Assembly: GCF_009914755.1 (NCBI RefSeq)
Contig: NC_060939.1
DNA: 64,000 nucleotides
Direction: 5' to 3' (one strand)
Source of the DNA: the human T2T-CHM13v2.0 reference genome, Homo sapiens
In this document: piece by piece, positions 10,909-25,053 of the stretch
Numbering within the stretch: position 1 is the first letter of the stretch
Layout of the letters: each line of letters opens with the position of its first letter
Notes under the pieces: model-generated
Seen by the model: only the letters and a program-made list of their open reading frames with translations
Told to the model about the DNA's origin: nothing
The model's database searches: none
Made by a program: the position numbers and the translations under genes

Positions 10909-13900
10909 CACCGTAGGCCTCAAAGCGCTCCAAATGTCCACTTCCACATACTACAAAAAGAGTGTTTCAAACCTGCTCTATGATAGGGAATGTTGAAACC
11001 TATGAGTTGAATGCAAGCATTACAAAGAGGTTTCTGAGAATGCTTCTGTCTAGATTTTATATGTAGATATTCCCGTTTCCAACGAAATCCTCAAAGCTAT
11101 CCAAATATCAGCTTGCAGATTCTGCAAAAGGAATGTTTCCAAAATGCTGTATCCAAACAAAGGTTCAACTCTGTGAATTGAGGGCATACATCACAAAGAA
11201 GATTCTGAGAATGCTTCTGTCTAGATTTTATATGAAAATATTCCCGTTTCCAACGAAATCCTCAAAGCTATCCAAATATCCACTTGCAAATGCCACAAAA
11301 AGAGTGTTTCCAAACTGCTCTGTGAAAAGGAAGGTTCAACTCTGTTAGTTGAGTACACACATCACAAAGAGGTTTCTGAGAATGCTGCTGACTAGTTTTT
11401 ATTTGAAGATATTTCCCTTTTCACCTTAGGCCTAAGAGTGCTCGAAATGTCCATTTCCACATACTCCACAAAGTGTGTTTCAAACGTGCTGTATGAAAGG
11501 GAATGTTCAACTCTATGAGTTGAATGCAAACATCACAAAGAAGATTCTGAGAATGCTTTTGTCTAGATTTTATATGAAGATATTCCCGTGTCCAACGAAA
11601 TTTTCAAAGGTCTCCAAATATCCATTTGTAGATTCTACAAAAAGAGTGTTTCCAAACTGCTGTATCAAAACAAAGGTTGAACTCTGTGAGTTGAGGACAC
11701 ACATCACAAATAAGTTTCTGAGAATGCTTCTGTCTAGTTTTTATTTGAAGATGTTTCCTTTTTCACCATAGGCCTGAAAGCGCTCGAAATGTCCACTTCC
11801 AGATAGTACAGAAAGAGTGTTTCAAACCTGCTCTATGAACGGGAATGTTCAGCTCTGTGAGTTGAATGCAAACATCACAAAGCAGGTTCTGAGAATGCTT
11901 CCGTCTAGATTTTAAATGAGGATATTCCCGTTTCCAACGAAATCCTCGAAGCTATCCAAATATCCACTTGCAGATTCCACAAAAAGAGTGTTTCAAAACT
12001 GCTCTGTCAAAAGATAGGTTCAACTCTGTTAGTTGAGTACACACATGGCAAACAAGATTGCGAGAATGCTTTCGTCTAGTTTTTTTGGGAAGATATTTCC
12101 TTCTTCACCATAGGCCTCAAAGCGCTCCAAATATCCATTTCCACATGCTATACAAAGAGTGTCTCAAACCTGCTGTATGAATGGGAATGTTCAACTCTAT
12201 GAGTTGAATGCAAACATCACAAAGAAGTTTCTGAGAATGCTGCTGTCTAGATTTTATATGAAGGTTTTCCCGCTTCCAACGAAATTTTCAATGCTCTCAA
12301 AATATCCTCTTGTAGATTCTACAAAAAGAGTGTTTCCAAACTGCTGTATCAAAACAAAGGTTCATCTCTGTTAGTTGAGGACACACATCACAAATAAGTT
12401 TCTGAGAATGCTTCTGTCTAGTTCTTATTTGAAGACATTTCCTTTCTCACCTTAGGCCTGAAAGCGCTCGAAATACCCACTTCCAGATACTACAGAAACA
12501 GTGATTCAAACCTGCTCTATGAAAGGGAATGTTCAACTAGGTGACTTGAATGCAAACATCACAAAGCAGTTTCTGAGAATGCTGCTGTCTACTTTCTATT
12601 TGTAATCCCGTTTCCAACGAAATCCTCAGAACTATCGAAATTTCCAATTGCAGATTCCACAGAAACAGGGTTTCAAAGCTGCTCTGTAAAAAGAAAGGTT
12701 CAACTCTGTTAGTTGAATACACACGTCACAAACAAGTTTCTGAGAATGCTTCTGTCTAGTTTTTATGGGAAGATATTTCCTTTTTCACCGTAGGCCTCAA
12801 AGCGCTCCAAATGTCCACGTCCACATACTACAAAAAGAGTGTTTCAAACCTGCTGTATGAAAGGGAATGTTCAACTCTATGAGTTGAATGCAAACATTAC
12901 AAAGAAGTTTCTGAGAATGCTTCTGTCTAGATTTTATATGAAGGTTTTCCCGTTTCCAACGAAATTTTCAATGCTCTCAAAATATCCACTTGTAGATTCT
13001 ACAAAAAGAGTGTTTCCAAACTGCTGTGTCAAAAGAAAGGTTCAACTCTGTTAGTTGAGGACACACATCACAAATAAGTTTCTGAGAATGCTTCTGTCTA
13101 GTTCTTATTTGAAGACATTTCCTTTCTCACCTTAGGCCTGAAAACGCTCGAAATATCCACTTCCAGATACGACAGAAACAGTGATTCAAACCTGCTCTAT
13201 GAAAGGGAATGTTCAACTAGGTGACTTGAATGCAAACATCACAAAGCAGTTTCTGAGAATGCTGCTGTCTACTTTCTATTTGTAATCCCGTTTCCAACGA
13301 AATCCTCAGAACTATCGAAATTTCCAATTGCAGATTCCACAGAAACAGGGTTTCAAAGCTGCTCTGTAAAAAGAAAGGTTCAACTCTGTTAGTTGAATAC
13401 ACACGTCACAAACAAGTTTCTGAGAATGCTTCTGTCTAGTTTTTATGGGAAGATATTTCCTTTTTCACCGTAGGCCTCAAAGCGCTCCAAATGTCCACGT
13501 CCACATACTAAAAAAAGAGTGTTTCAAACCTGCTGTATGAAAGGGAATGTTCAACTCTATGAGTTGAATGCAAACATTACAAAGAAGTTTCTGAGAATGC
13601 TTCTGTCTAGATTTTATATGAAGGTTTTCCCTTTTCCAACGAAATTTTCAATGCTCTCAAAATATCCACTTGTAGATTCTACAAAAAGAGTGTTTCCAAA
13701 CTGCTGTGTCAAAAGAAAGGTTCAACTCTGTTAGTTGAGGACACACATCACAAATAAGTTTCTGAGAATGCTTCTGTCTAGTTCTTATTTGAAGACATTT
13801 CCTTTCTCACCTTAGGCCTGAAAACGCTCGAAATATCCACTTCCAGATACGACAGAAACAGTGATTCAAACCTGCTCTATGAAAGGGAATGTTCAACTAG

Positions 13901-14145
13901 GTGACTTGAATGCAAACATCACAAAGCAGTTTCTGAGAATGCTGCTGTCTACTTTCTATTTGTAATCCCGTTTCCAACGAAATCCTCAGAACTATCGAAA
14001 TTTCCAATTGCAGATTCCACAAAAAGCGTGTTTCAAAGCTGCTCTGTAAAAAGAAAGGTTCAACTCTGTTAGTTGAATACACACGTCACAAACAAGTTTC
14101 TGAGAATGCTTCTGTCTAGTTTTTATGGGAAGATATTTCCTTTTT
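10909..14145 (-). repeat. 19-mer HOR variant, type II, U5
   Basis: 3237-bp spacing (11133->14370). The middle block (12786-13465) is B-type with an A-type end (acagaaacaggg). CENP-B box G>T at 13632. Confidence 0.92.
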
Positions 14146-17100
14146 CACCGTAGGCCTCAAAGCGCTCCAAATGTCCACTTCCACATACTACAAAAAGAGT
14201 GTTTCAAACCTGCTCTATGATAGGGAATGTTGAAACCTATGAGTTGAATGCAAGCATTACAAAGAGGTTTCTGAGAATGCTTCTGTCTAGATTTTATATG
14301 TAGATATTCCCGTTTCCAACGAAATCCTCAAAGCTATCCAAATATCAACTTGCAGATTCTACAAAAGGAATGTTTCCAAAATGCTGTATCCAAACAAAGG
14401 TTCAACTCTGTGAATTGAGGGCATACATCACAAAGAAGATTCTGAGAATGCTTCTGTCTAGATTTTATATGAAAATATTCCCGTTTCCAACGAAATCCTC
14501 AAAGCTATCCAAATATCCACTTGCAAATGCCACAAAAAGAGTGTTTCCAAACTGCTCTGTGAAAAGGAAGGTTCAACTCTGTTAGTTGAGTACACACATC
14601 ACAAAGAGGTTTCTGAGAATGCTGCTGACTAGTTTTTATTTGAAGATATTTCCCTTTTCACCTTAGGCCTAAGAGTGCTCGAAATGTCCATTTCCACATA
14701 CTCCACAAAGTGTGTTTCAAACGTGCTGTATGAAAGGGAATGTTCAACTCTATGAGTTGAATGCAAACATCACAAAGAAGATTCTGAGAATGCTTTTGTC
14801 TAGATTTTATATGAAGATATTCCCGTGTCCAACGAAATTTTCAAAGGTCTCCAAATATCCATTTGTAGATTCTACAAAAAGAGTGTTTCCAAACTGCTGT
14901 ATCAAAACAAAGGTTGAACTCTGTGAGTTGAGGACACACATCACAAATAAGTTTCTGAGAATGCTTCTGTCTAGTTTTTATTTGAAGATGTTTCCTTTTT
15001 CACCATAGGCCTGAAAGCGCTCGAAATGTCCACTTCCAGATAGTACAGAAAGAGTGTTTCAAACCTGCTCTATGAACGGGAATGTTCAGCTCTGTGAGTT
15101 GAATGCAAACATCACAAAGCAGGTTCTGAGAATGCTTCCGTCTAGATTTTAAATGAGGATATTCCCGTTTCCAACGAAATCCTCGAAGCTATCCAAATAT
15201 CCACTTGCAGATTCCACAAAAAGAGTGTTTCAAAACTGCTCTGTCAAAAGATAGGTTCAACTCTGTTAGTTGAGTACACACATGGCAAACAAGATTGCGA
15301 GAATGCTTTCGTCTAGTTTTTTTGGGAAGATATTTCCTTCTTCACCATAGGCCTCAAAGCGCTCCAAATATCCATTTCCACATGCTATACAAAGAGTGTC
15401 TCAAACCTGCTGTATGAATGGGAATGTTCAACTCTATGAGTTGAATGCAAACATCACAAAGAAGTTTCTGAGAATGCTGCTGTCTAGATTTTATATGAAG
15501 GTTTTCCCGCTTCCAACGAAATTTTCAATGCTCTCAAAATATCCTCTTGTAGATTCTACAAAAAGAGTGTTTCCAAACTGCTGTATCAAAACAAAGGTTC
15601 ATCTCTGTTAGTTGAGGACACACATCACAAATAAGTTTCTGAGAATGCTTCTGTCTAGTTCTTATTTGAAGACATTTCCTTTCTCACCTTAGGCCTGAAA
15701 GCGCTCGAAATACCCACTTCCAGATACTACAGAAACAGTGATTCAAACCTGCTCTATGAAAGGGAATGTTCAACTAGGTGACTTGAATGCAAACATCACA
15801 AAGCAGTTTCTGAGAATGCTGCTGTCTACTTTCTATTTGTAATCCCGTTTCCAACGAAATCCTCAGAACTATCGAAATTTCCAATTGCAGATTCCACAGA
15901 AACAGGGTTTCAAAGCTGCTCTGTAAAAAGAAAGGTTCAACTCTGTTAGTTGAATACACACGTCACAAACAAGTTTCTGAGAATGCTTCTGTCTAGTTTT
16001 TATGGGAAGATATTTCCTTTTTCACCGTAGGCCTCAAAGCGCTCCAAATGTCCACGTCCACATACTACAAAAAGAGTGTTTCAAACCTGCTGTATGAAAG
16101 GGAATGTTCAACTCTATGAGTTGAATGCAAACATTACAAAGAAGTTTCTGAGAATGCTTCTGTCTAGATTTTATATGAAGGTTTTCCCGTTTCCAACGAA
16201 ATTTTCAATGCTCTCAAAATATCCACTTGTAGATTCTACAAAAAGAGTGTTTCCAAACTGCTGTGTCAAAAGAAAGGTTCAACTCTGTTAGTTGAGGACA
16301 CACATCACAAATAAGTTTCTGAGAATGCTTCTGTCTAGTTCTTATTTGAAGACATTTCCTTTCTCACCTTAGGCCTGAAAACGCTCGAAATATCCACTTC
16401 CAGATACGACAGAAACAGTGATTCAAACCTGCTCTATGAAAGGGAATGTTCAACTAGGTGACTTGAATGCAAACATCACAAAGCAGTTTCTGAGAATGCT
16501 GCTGTCTACTTTCTATTTGTAATCCCGTTTCCAACGAAATCCTCAGAACTATCGAAATTTCCAATTGCAGATTCCACAAAAAGCGTGTTTCAAAGCTGCT
16601 CTGTAAAAAGAAAGGTTCAACTCTGTTAGTTGAATACACATGTCACAAACAAGTTTCTGAGAATGCTTCTGTCTAGTTTTTATGGGAAGATATTTCCTTT
16701 TTCACCGTAGGCCTCAAAGCGCTCCAAATGTCCACTTCCACATACTACAAAAAGAGTGTTTCAAACCTGCTCTATGATAGGGAATGTTGAAACCTATGAG
16801 TTGAATGCAAGCATTACAAAGAGGTTTCTGAGAATGCTTCTGTCTAGATTTTATATGTAGATATTCCCGTTTCCAACGAAATCCTCAAAGCTATCCAAAT
16901 ATCAACTTGCAGATTCTACAAAAGGAATGTTTCCAAAATGCTGTATCCAAACAAAGGTTCAACTCTGTGAATTGAGGGCATACATCACAAAGAAGATTCT
17001 GAGAATGCTTCTGTCTAGATTTTATATGAAAATATTCCCGTTTCCAACGAAATCCTCAAAGCTATCCAAATATCCACTTGCAAATGCCACAAAAAGAGTG

Positions 17101-19259
17101 TTTCCAAACTGCTCTGTGAAAAGGAAGGTTCAACTCTGTTAGTTGAGTACACACATCACAAAGAGGTTTCTGAGAATGCTGCTGACTAGTTTTTATTTGA
17201 AGATATTTCCCTTTTCACCTTAGGCCTAAGAGTGCTCGAAATGTCCATTTCCACATACTCCACAAAGTGTGTTTCAAACGTGCTGTATGAAAGGGAATGT
17301 TCAACTCTATCAGTTGAATGCAAACATCACAAAGAAGACTCTGAGAATGCTTTTGTCTAGATTTTATATGAAGATATTCCCGTGTCCAACGAAATTTTCA
17401 AAGGTCTCCAAATATCCATTTGTAGATTCTACAAAAAGAGTGTTTCCAAACTGCTGTATCAAAACAAAGGTTGAACTCTGTGAGTTGAGGACACACATCA
17501 CAAATAAGTTTCTGAGAATGCTTCTGTCTAGTTTTTATTTGAAGATGTTTCCTTTTTCACCATAGGCCTGAAAGCGCTCGAAATGTCCACTTCCAGATAG
17601 TACAGAAAGAGTGTTTCAAACCTGCTCTATGAACGGGAATGTTCAGCTCTGTGAGTTGAATGCAAACATCACAAAGCAGGTTCTGAGAATGCTTCCGTCT
17701 AGATTTTAAATGAGGATATTCCCGTTTCCAACGAAATCCTCGAAGCTATCCAAATATCCACTTGCAGATTCCACAAAAAGAGTGTTTCAAAACTGCTCTG
17801 TCAAAAGATAGGTTCAACTCTGTTAGTTGAGTACACACATGGCAAACAAGATTGCGAGAATGCTTTCGTCTAGTTTTTTTGGGAAGATATTTCCTTCTTC
17901 ACCATAGGCCTCAAAGCGCTCCAAATATCCATTTCCACATGCTATACAAAGAGTGTCTCAAACCTGCTGTATGAATGGGAATGTTCAACTCTATGAGTTG
18001 AATGCAAACATCACAAAGAAGTTTCTGAGAATGCTGCTGTCTAGATTTTATATGAAGGTTTTCCCGCTTCCAACGAAATTTTCAATGCTCTCAAAATATC
18101 CTCTTGTAGATTCTACAAAAAGAGTGTTTCCAAACTGCTGTATCAAAACAAAGGTTCATCTCTGTTAGTTGAGGACACACATCACAAATAAGTTTCTGAG
18201 AATGCTTCTGTCTAGTTCTTATTTGAAGACATTTCCTTTCTCACCTTAGGCCTGAAAGCGCTCGAAATACCCACTTCCAGATACTACAGAAACAGTGATT
18301 CAAACCTGCTCTATGAAAGGGAATGTTCAACTAGGTGACTTGAATGCAAACATCACAAAGCAGTTTCTGAGAATGCTGCTGTCTACTTTCTATTTGTAAT
18401 CCCGTTTCCAACGAAATCCTCAGAACTATCGAAATTTCCAATTGCAGATTCCACAGAAACAGGGTTTCAAAGCTGCTCTGTAAAAAGAAAGGTTCAACTC
18501 TGTTAGTTGAATACACACGTCACAAACAAGTTTCTGAGAATGCTTCTGTCTAGTTTTTATGGGAAGATATTTCCTTTTTCACCGTAGGCCTCAAAGCGCT
18601 CCAAATGTCCACGTCCACATACTAAAAAAAGAGTGTTTCAAACCTGCTGTATGAAAGGGAATGTTCAACTCTATGAGTTGAATGCAAACATTACAAAGAA
18701 GTTTCTGAGAATGCTTCTGTCTAGATTTTATATGAAGGTTTTCCCGTTTCCAACGAAATTTTCAATGCTCTCAAAATATCCACTTGTAGATTCTACAAAA
18801 AGAGTGTTTCCAAACTGCTGTGTCAAAAGAAAGGTTCAACTCTGTTAGTTGAGGACACACATCACAAATAAGTTTCTGAGAATGCTTCTGTCTAGTTCTT
18901 ATTTGAAGACATTTCCTTTCTCACCTTAGGCCTGAAAACGCTCGAAATATCCACTTCCAGATACGACAGAAACAGTGATTCAAACCTGCTCTATGAAAGG
19001 GAATGTTCAACTATGTGACTTGAATGCAAACATCACAAAGCAGTTTCTGAGAATGCTGCTGTCTACTTTCTATTTGTAATCCCGTTTCCAACGAAATCCT
19101 CAGAACTATCGAAATTTCCAATTGCAGATTCCACAAAAAGCGTGTTTCAAAGCTGCTCTGTAAAAAGAAAGGTTCAACTCTGTTAGTTGAATACACACGT
19201 CACAAACAAGTTTCTGAGAATGCTTCTGTCTAGTTTTTATGGGAAGATATTTCCTTTTT
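14146..19259 (-). repeat. Two 15-mer HOR copies (U6, U7)
   Basis: Marker spacing 14370->16927->19484, each 2557 bp. Confidence 0.93.
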
Positions 19260-22200
19260 CACCGTAGGCCTCAAAGCGCTCCAAATGTCCACTTCCACAT
19301 ACTACAAAAAGAGTGTTTCAAACCTGCTCTATGATAGGGAATGTTGAAACCTATGAGTTGAATGCAAGCATTACAAAGAGGTTTCTGAGAATGCTTCTGT
19401 CTAGATTTTATATGTAGATATTCCCGTTTCCAACGAAATCCTCAAAGCTATCCAAATATCAGCTTGCAGATTCTGCAAAAGGAATGTTTCCAAAATGCTG
19501 TATCCAAACAAAGGTTCAACTCTGTGAATTGAGGGCATACATCACAAAGAAGATTCTGAGAATGCTTCTGTCTAGATTTTATATGAAAATATTCCCGTTT
19601 CCAACGAAATCCTCAAAGCTATCCAAATATCCACTTGCAAATGCCACAAAAAGAGTGTTTCCAAACTGCTCTGTGAAAAGGAAGGTTCAACTCTGTTAGT
19701 TGAGTACACACATCACAAAGAGGTTTCTGAGAATGCTGCTGACTAGTTTTTATTTGAAGATATTTCCCTTTTCACCTTAGGCCTAAGAGTGCTCGAAATG
19801 TCCATTTCCACATACTCCACAAAGTGTGTTTCAAACGTGCTGTATGAAAGGGAATGTTCAACTCTATGAGTTGAATGCAAACATCACAAAGAAGATTCTG
19901 AGAATGCTTTTGTCTAGATTTTATATGAAGATATTCCCGTGTCCAACGAAATTTTCAAAGGTCTCCAAATATCCATTTGTAGATTCTACAAAAAGAGTGT
20001 TTCCAAACTGCTGTATCAAAACAAAGGTTGAACTCTGTGAGTTGAGGACACACATCACAAATAAGTTTCTGAGAATGCTTCTGTCTAGTTTTTATTTGAA
20101 GATGTTTCCTTTTTCACCATAGGCCTGAAAGCGCTCGAAATGTCCACTTCCAGATAGTACAGAAAGAGTGTTTCAAACCTGCTCTATGAACGGGAATGTT
20201 CAGCTCTGTGAGTTGAATGCAAACATCACAAAGCAGGTTCTGAGAATGCTTCCGTCTAGATTTTAAATGAGGATATTCCCGTTTCCAACGAAATCCTCGA
20301 AGCTATCCAAATATCCACTTGCAGATTCCACAAAAAGAGTGTTTCAAAACTGCTCTGTCAAAAGATAGGTTCAACTCTGTTAGTTGAGTACACACATGGC
20401 AAACAAGATTGCGAGAATGCTTTCGTCTAGTTTTTTTGGGAAGATATTTCCTTCTTCACCATAGGCCTCAAAGCGCTCCAAATATCCATTTCCACATGCT
20501 ATACAAAGAGTGTCTCAAACCTGCTGTATGAATGGGAATGTTCAACTCTATGAGTTGAATGCAAACATCACAAAGAAGTTTCTGAGAATGCTGCTGTCTA
20601 GATTTTATATGAAGGTTTTCCCGCTTCCAACGAAATTTTCAATGCTCTCAAAATATCCTCTTGTAGATTCTACAAAAAGAGTGTTTCCAAACTGCTGTAT
20701 CAAAACAAAGGTTCATCTCTGTTAGTTGAGGACACACATCACAAATAAGTTTCTGAGAATGCTTCTGTCTAGTTCTTATTTGAAGACATTTCCTTTCTCA
20801 CCTTAGGCCTGAAAGCGCTCGAAATACCCACTTCCAGATACTACAGAAACAGTGATTCAAACCTGCTCTATGAAAGGGAATGTTCAACTAGGTGACTTGA
20901 ATGCAAACATCACAAAGCAGTTTCTGAGAATGCTGCTGTCTACTTTCTATTTGTAATCCCGTTTCCAACGAAATCCTCAGAACTATCGAAATTTCCAATT
21001 GCAGATTCCACAGAAACAGGGTTTCAAAGCTGCTCTGTAAAAAGAAAGGTTCAACTCTGTTAGTTGAATACACACGTCACAAACAAGTTTCTGAGAATGC
21101 TTCTGTCTAGTTTTTATGGGAAGATATTTCCTTTTTCACCGTAGGCCTCAAAGCGCTCCAAATGTCCACGTCCACATACTACAAAAAGAGTGTTTCAAAC
21201 CTGCTGTATGAAAGGGAATGTTCAACTCTATGAGTTGAATGCAAACATTACAAAGAAGTTTCTGAGAATGCTTCTGTCTAGATTTTATATGAAGGTTTTC
21301 CCGTTTCCAACGAAATTTTCAATGCTCTCAAAATATCCACTTGTAGATTCTACAAAAAGAGTGTTTCCAAACTGCTGTGTCAAAAGAAAGGTTCAACTCT
21401 GTTAGTTGAGGACACACATCACAAATAAGTTTCTGAGAATGCTTCTGTCTAGTTCTTATTTGAAGACATTTCCTTTCTCACCTTAGGCCTGAAAACGCTC
21501 GAAATATCCACTTCCAGATACGACAGAAACAGTGATTCAAACCTGCTCTATGAAAGGGAATGTTCAACTAGGTGACTTGAATGCAAACATCACAAAGCAG
21601 TTTCTGAGAATGCTGCTGTCTACTTTCTATTTGTAATCCCGTTTCCAACGAAATCCTCAGAACTATCGAAATTTCCAATTGCAGATTCCACAGAAACAGG
21701 GTTTCAAAGCTGCTCTGTAAAAAGAAAGGTTCAACTCTGTTAGTTGAATACACACGTCACAAACAAGTTTCTGAGAATGCTTCTGTCTAGTTTTTATGGG
21801 AAGATATTTCCTTTTTCACCGTAGGCCTCAAAGCGCTCCAAATGTCCACGTCCACATACTAAAAAAAGAGTGTTTCAAACCTGCTGTATGAAAGGGAATG
21901 TTCAACTCTATGAGTTGAATGCAAACATTACAAAGAAGTTTCTGAGAATGCTTCTGTCTAGATTTTATATGAAGGTTTTCCCTTTTCCAACGAAATTTTC
22001 AATGCTCTCAAAATATCCACTTGTAGATTCTACAAAAAGAGTGTTTCCAAACTGCTGTGTCAAAAGAAAGGTTCAACTCTGTTAGTTGAGGACACACATC
22101 ACAAATAAGTTTCTGAGAATGCTTCTGTCTAGTTCTTATTTGAAGACATTTCCTTTCTCACCTTAGGCCTGAAAACGCTCGAAATATCCACTTCCAGATA

Positions 22201-22496
22201 CGACAGAAACAGTGATTCAAACCTGCTCTATGAAAGGGAATGTTCAACTAGGTGACTTGAATGCAAACATCACAAAGCAGTTTCTGAGAATGCTGCTGTC
22301 TACTTTCTATTTGTAATCCCGTTTCCAACGAAATCCTCAGAACTATCGAAATTTCCAATTGCAGATTCCACAAAAAGCGTGTTTCAAAGCTGCTCTGTAA
22401 AAAGAAAGGTTCAACTCTGTTAGTTGAATACACACGTCACAAACAAGTTTCTGAGAATGCTTCTGTCTAGTTTTTATGGGAAGATATTTCCTTTTT
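19260..22496 (-). repeat. 19-mer HOR variant, type II, U8
   Basis: 3237-bp spacing. Same hybrid middle block, and G>T at 21983. Confidence 0.92.
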
Positions 22497-25053
22497 CACC
22501 GTAGGCCTCAAAGCGCTCCAAATGTCCACTTCCACATACTACAAAAAGAGTGTTTCAAACCTGCTCTATGATAGGGAATGTTGAAACCTATGAGTTGAAT
22601 GCAAGCATTACAAAGAGGTTTCTGAGAATGCTTCTGTCTAGATTTTATATGTAGATATTCCCGTTTCCAACGAAATCCTCAAAGCTATCCAAATATCAAC
22701 TTGCAGATTCTACAAAAGGAATGTTTCCAAAATGCTGTATCCAAACAAAGGTTCAACTCTGTGAATTGAGGGCATACATCACAAAGAAGATTCTGAGAAT
22801 GCTTCTGTCTAGATTTTATATGAAAATATTCCCGTTTCCAACGAAATCCTCAAAGCTATCCAAATATCCACTTGCAAATGCCACAAAAAGAGTGTTTCCA
22901 AACTGCTCTGTGAAAAGGAAGGTTCAACTCTGTTAGTTGAGTACACACATCACAAAGAGGTTTCTGAGAATGCTGCTGACTAGTTTTTATTTGAAGATAT
23001 TTCCCTTTTCACCTTAGGCCTAAGAGTGCTCGAAATGTCCATTTCCACATACTCCACAAAGTGTGTTTCAAACGTGCTGTATGAAAGGGAATGTTCAACT
23101 CTATGAGTTGAATGCAAACATCACAAAGAAGACTCTGAGAATGCTTTTGTCTAGATTTTATATGAAGATATTCCCGTGTCCAACGAAATTTTCAAAGGTC
23201 TCCAAATATCCATTTGTAGATTCTACAAAAAGAGTGTTTCCAAACTGCTGTATCAAAACAAAGGTTGAACTCTGTGAGTTGAGGACACACATCACAAATA
23301 AGTTTCTGAGAATGCTTCTGTCTAGTTTTTATTTGAAGATGTTTCCTTTTTCACCATAGGCCTGAAAGCGCTCGAAATGTCCACTTCCAGATAGTACAGA
23401 AAGAGTGTTTCAAACCTGCTCTATGAACGGGAATGTTCAGCTCTGTGAGTTGAATGCAAACATCACAAAGCAGGTTCTGAGAATGCTTCCGTCTAGATTT
23501 TAAATGAGGATATTCCCGTTTCCAACGAAATCCTCGAAGCTATCCAAATATCCACTTGCAGATTCCACAAAAAGAGTGTTTCAAAACTGCTCTGTCAAAA
23601 GATAGGTTCAACTCTGTTAGTTGAGTACACACATGGCAAACAAGATTCCGAGAATGCTTTCGTCTAGTTTTTTTGGGAAGATATTTCCTTCTTCACCATA
23701 GGCCTCAAAGCGCTCCAAATATCCATTTCCACATGCTATACAAAGAGTGTCTCAAACCTGCTGTATGAATGGGAATGTTCAACTCTATGAGTTGAATGCA
23801 AACATCACAAAGAAGTTTCTGAGAATGCTGCTGTCTAGATTTTATATGAAGGTTTTCCCGCTTCCAACGAAATTTTCAATGCTCTCAAAATATCCTCTTG
23901 TAGATTCTACAAAAAGAGTGTTTCCAAACTGCTGTATCAAAACAAAGGTTCATCTCTGTTAGTTGAGGACACACATCACAAATAAGTTTCTGAGAATGCT
24001 TCTGTCTAGTTCTTATTTGAAGACATTTCCTTTCTCACCTTAGGCCTGAAAGCGCTCGAAATACCCACTTCCAGATACTACAGAAACAGTGATTCAAACC
24101 TGCTCTATGAAAGGGAATGTTCAACTAGGTGACTTGAATGCAAACATCACAAAGCAGTTTCTGAGAATGCTGCTGTCTACTTTCTATTTGTAATCCCGTT
24201 TCCAACGAAATCCTCAGAACTATCGAAATTTCCAATTGCAGATTCCACAGAAACAGGGTTTCAAAGCTGCTCTGTAAAAAGAAAGGTTCAACTCTGTTAG
24301 TTGAATACACACGTCACAAACAAGTTTCTGAGAATGCTTCTGTCTAGTTTTTATGGGAAGATATTTCCTTTTTCACCGTAGGCCTCAAAGCGCTCCAAAT
24401 GTCCACTTCCACATACTACAAAAAGAGTGTTTCAAACCTGCTGTATGAAAGGGAATGTTCAACTCTATGAGTTGAATGCAAACATTACAAAGAAGTTTCT
24501 GAGAATGCTTCTGTCTAGATTTTATATGAAGGTTTTCCCGTTTCCAACGAAATTTTCAATGCTCTCAAAATATCCACTTGTAGATTCTACAAAAAGAGTG
24601 TTTCCAAACTGCTGTGTCAAAAGAAAGGTTCAACTCTGTTAGTTGAGGACACACATCACAAATAAGTTTCTGAGAATGCTTCTGTCTAGTTCTTATTTGA
24701 AGACATTTCCTTTCTCACCTTAGTCTTGAAAACGCTCGAAATATCCACTTCCAGATACGACAGAAACAGTGATTCAAACCTGCTCTATGAAAGGGAATGT
24801 TCAACTAGGTGACTTGAATGCAAACATCACAAAGCAGTTTCTGAGAATGCTGCTGTCTACTTTCTATTTGTAATCCCGTTTCCAACGAAATCCTCAGAAC
24901 TATCGAAATTTCCAATTGCAGATTCCACAAAAAGCGTGTTTCAAAGCTGCTCTGTAAAAAGAAAGGTTCAACTCTGTTAGTTGAATACACACGTCACAAA
25001 CAAGTTTCTGAGAATGCTTCTGTCTAGTTTTTATGGGAAGATATTTCCTTTTT
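22497..25053 (-). repeat. 15-mer HOR copy (U9)
   Basis: 2557-bp spacing (22721->25278). Confidence 0.93.
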
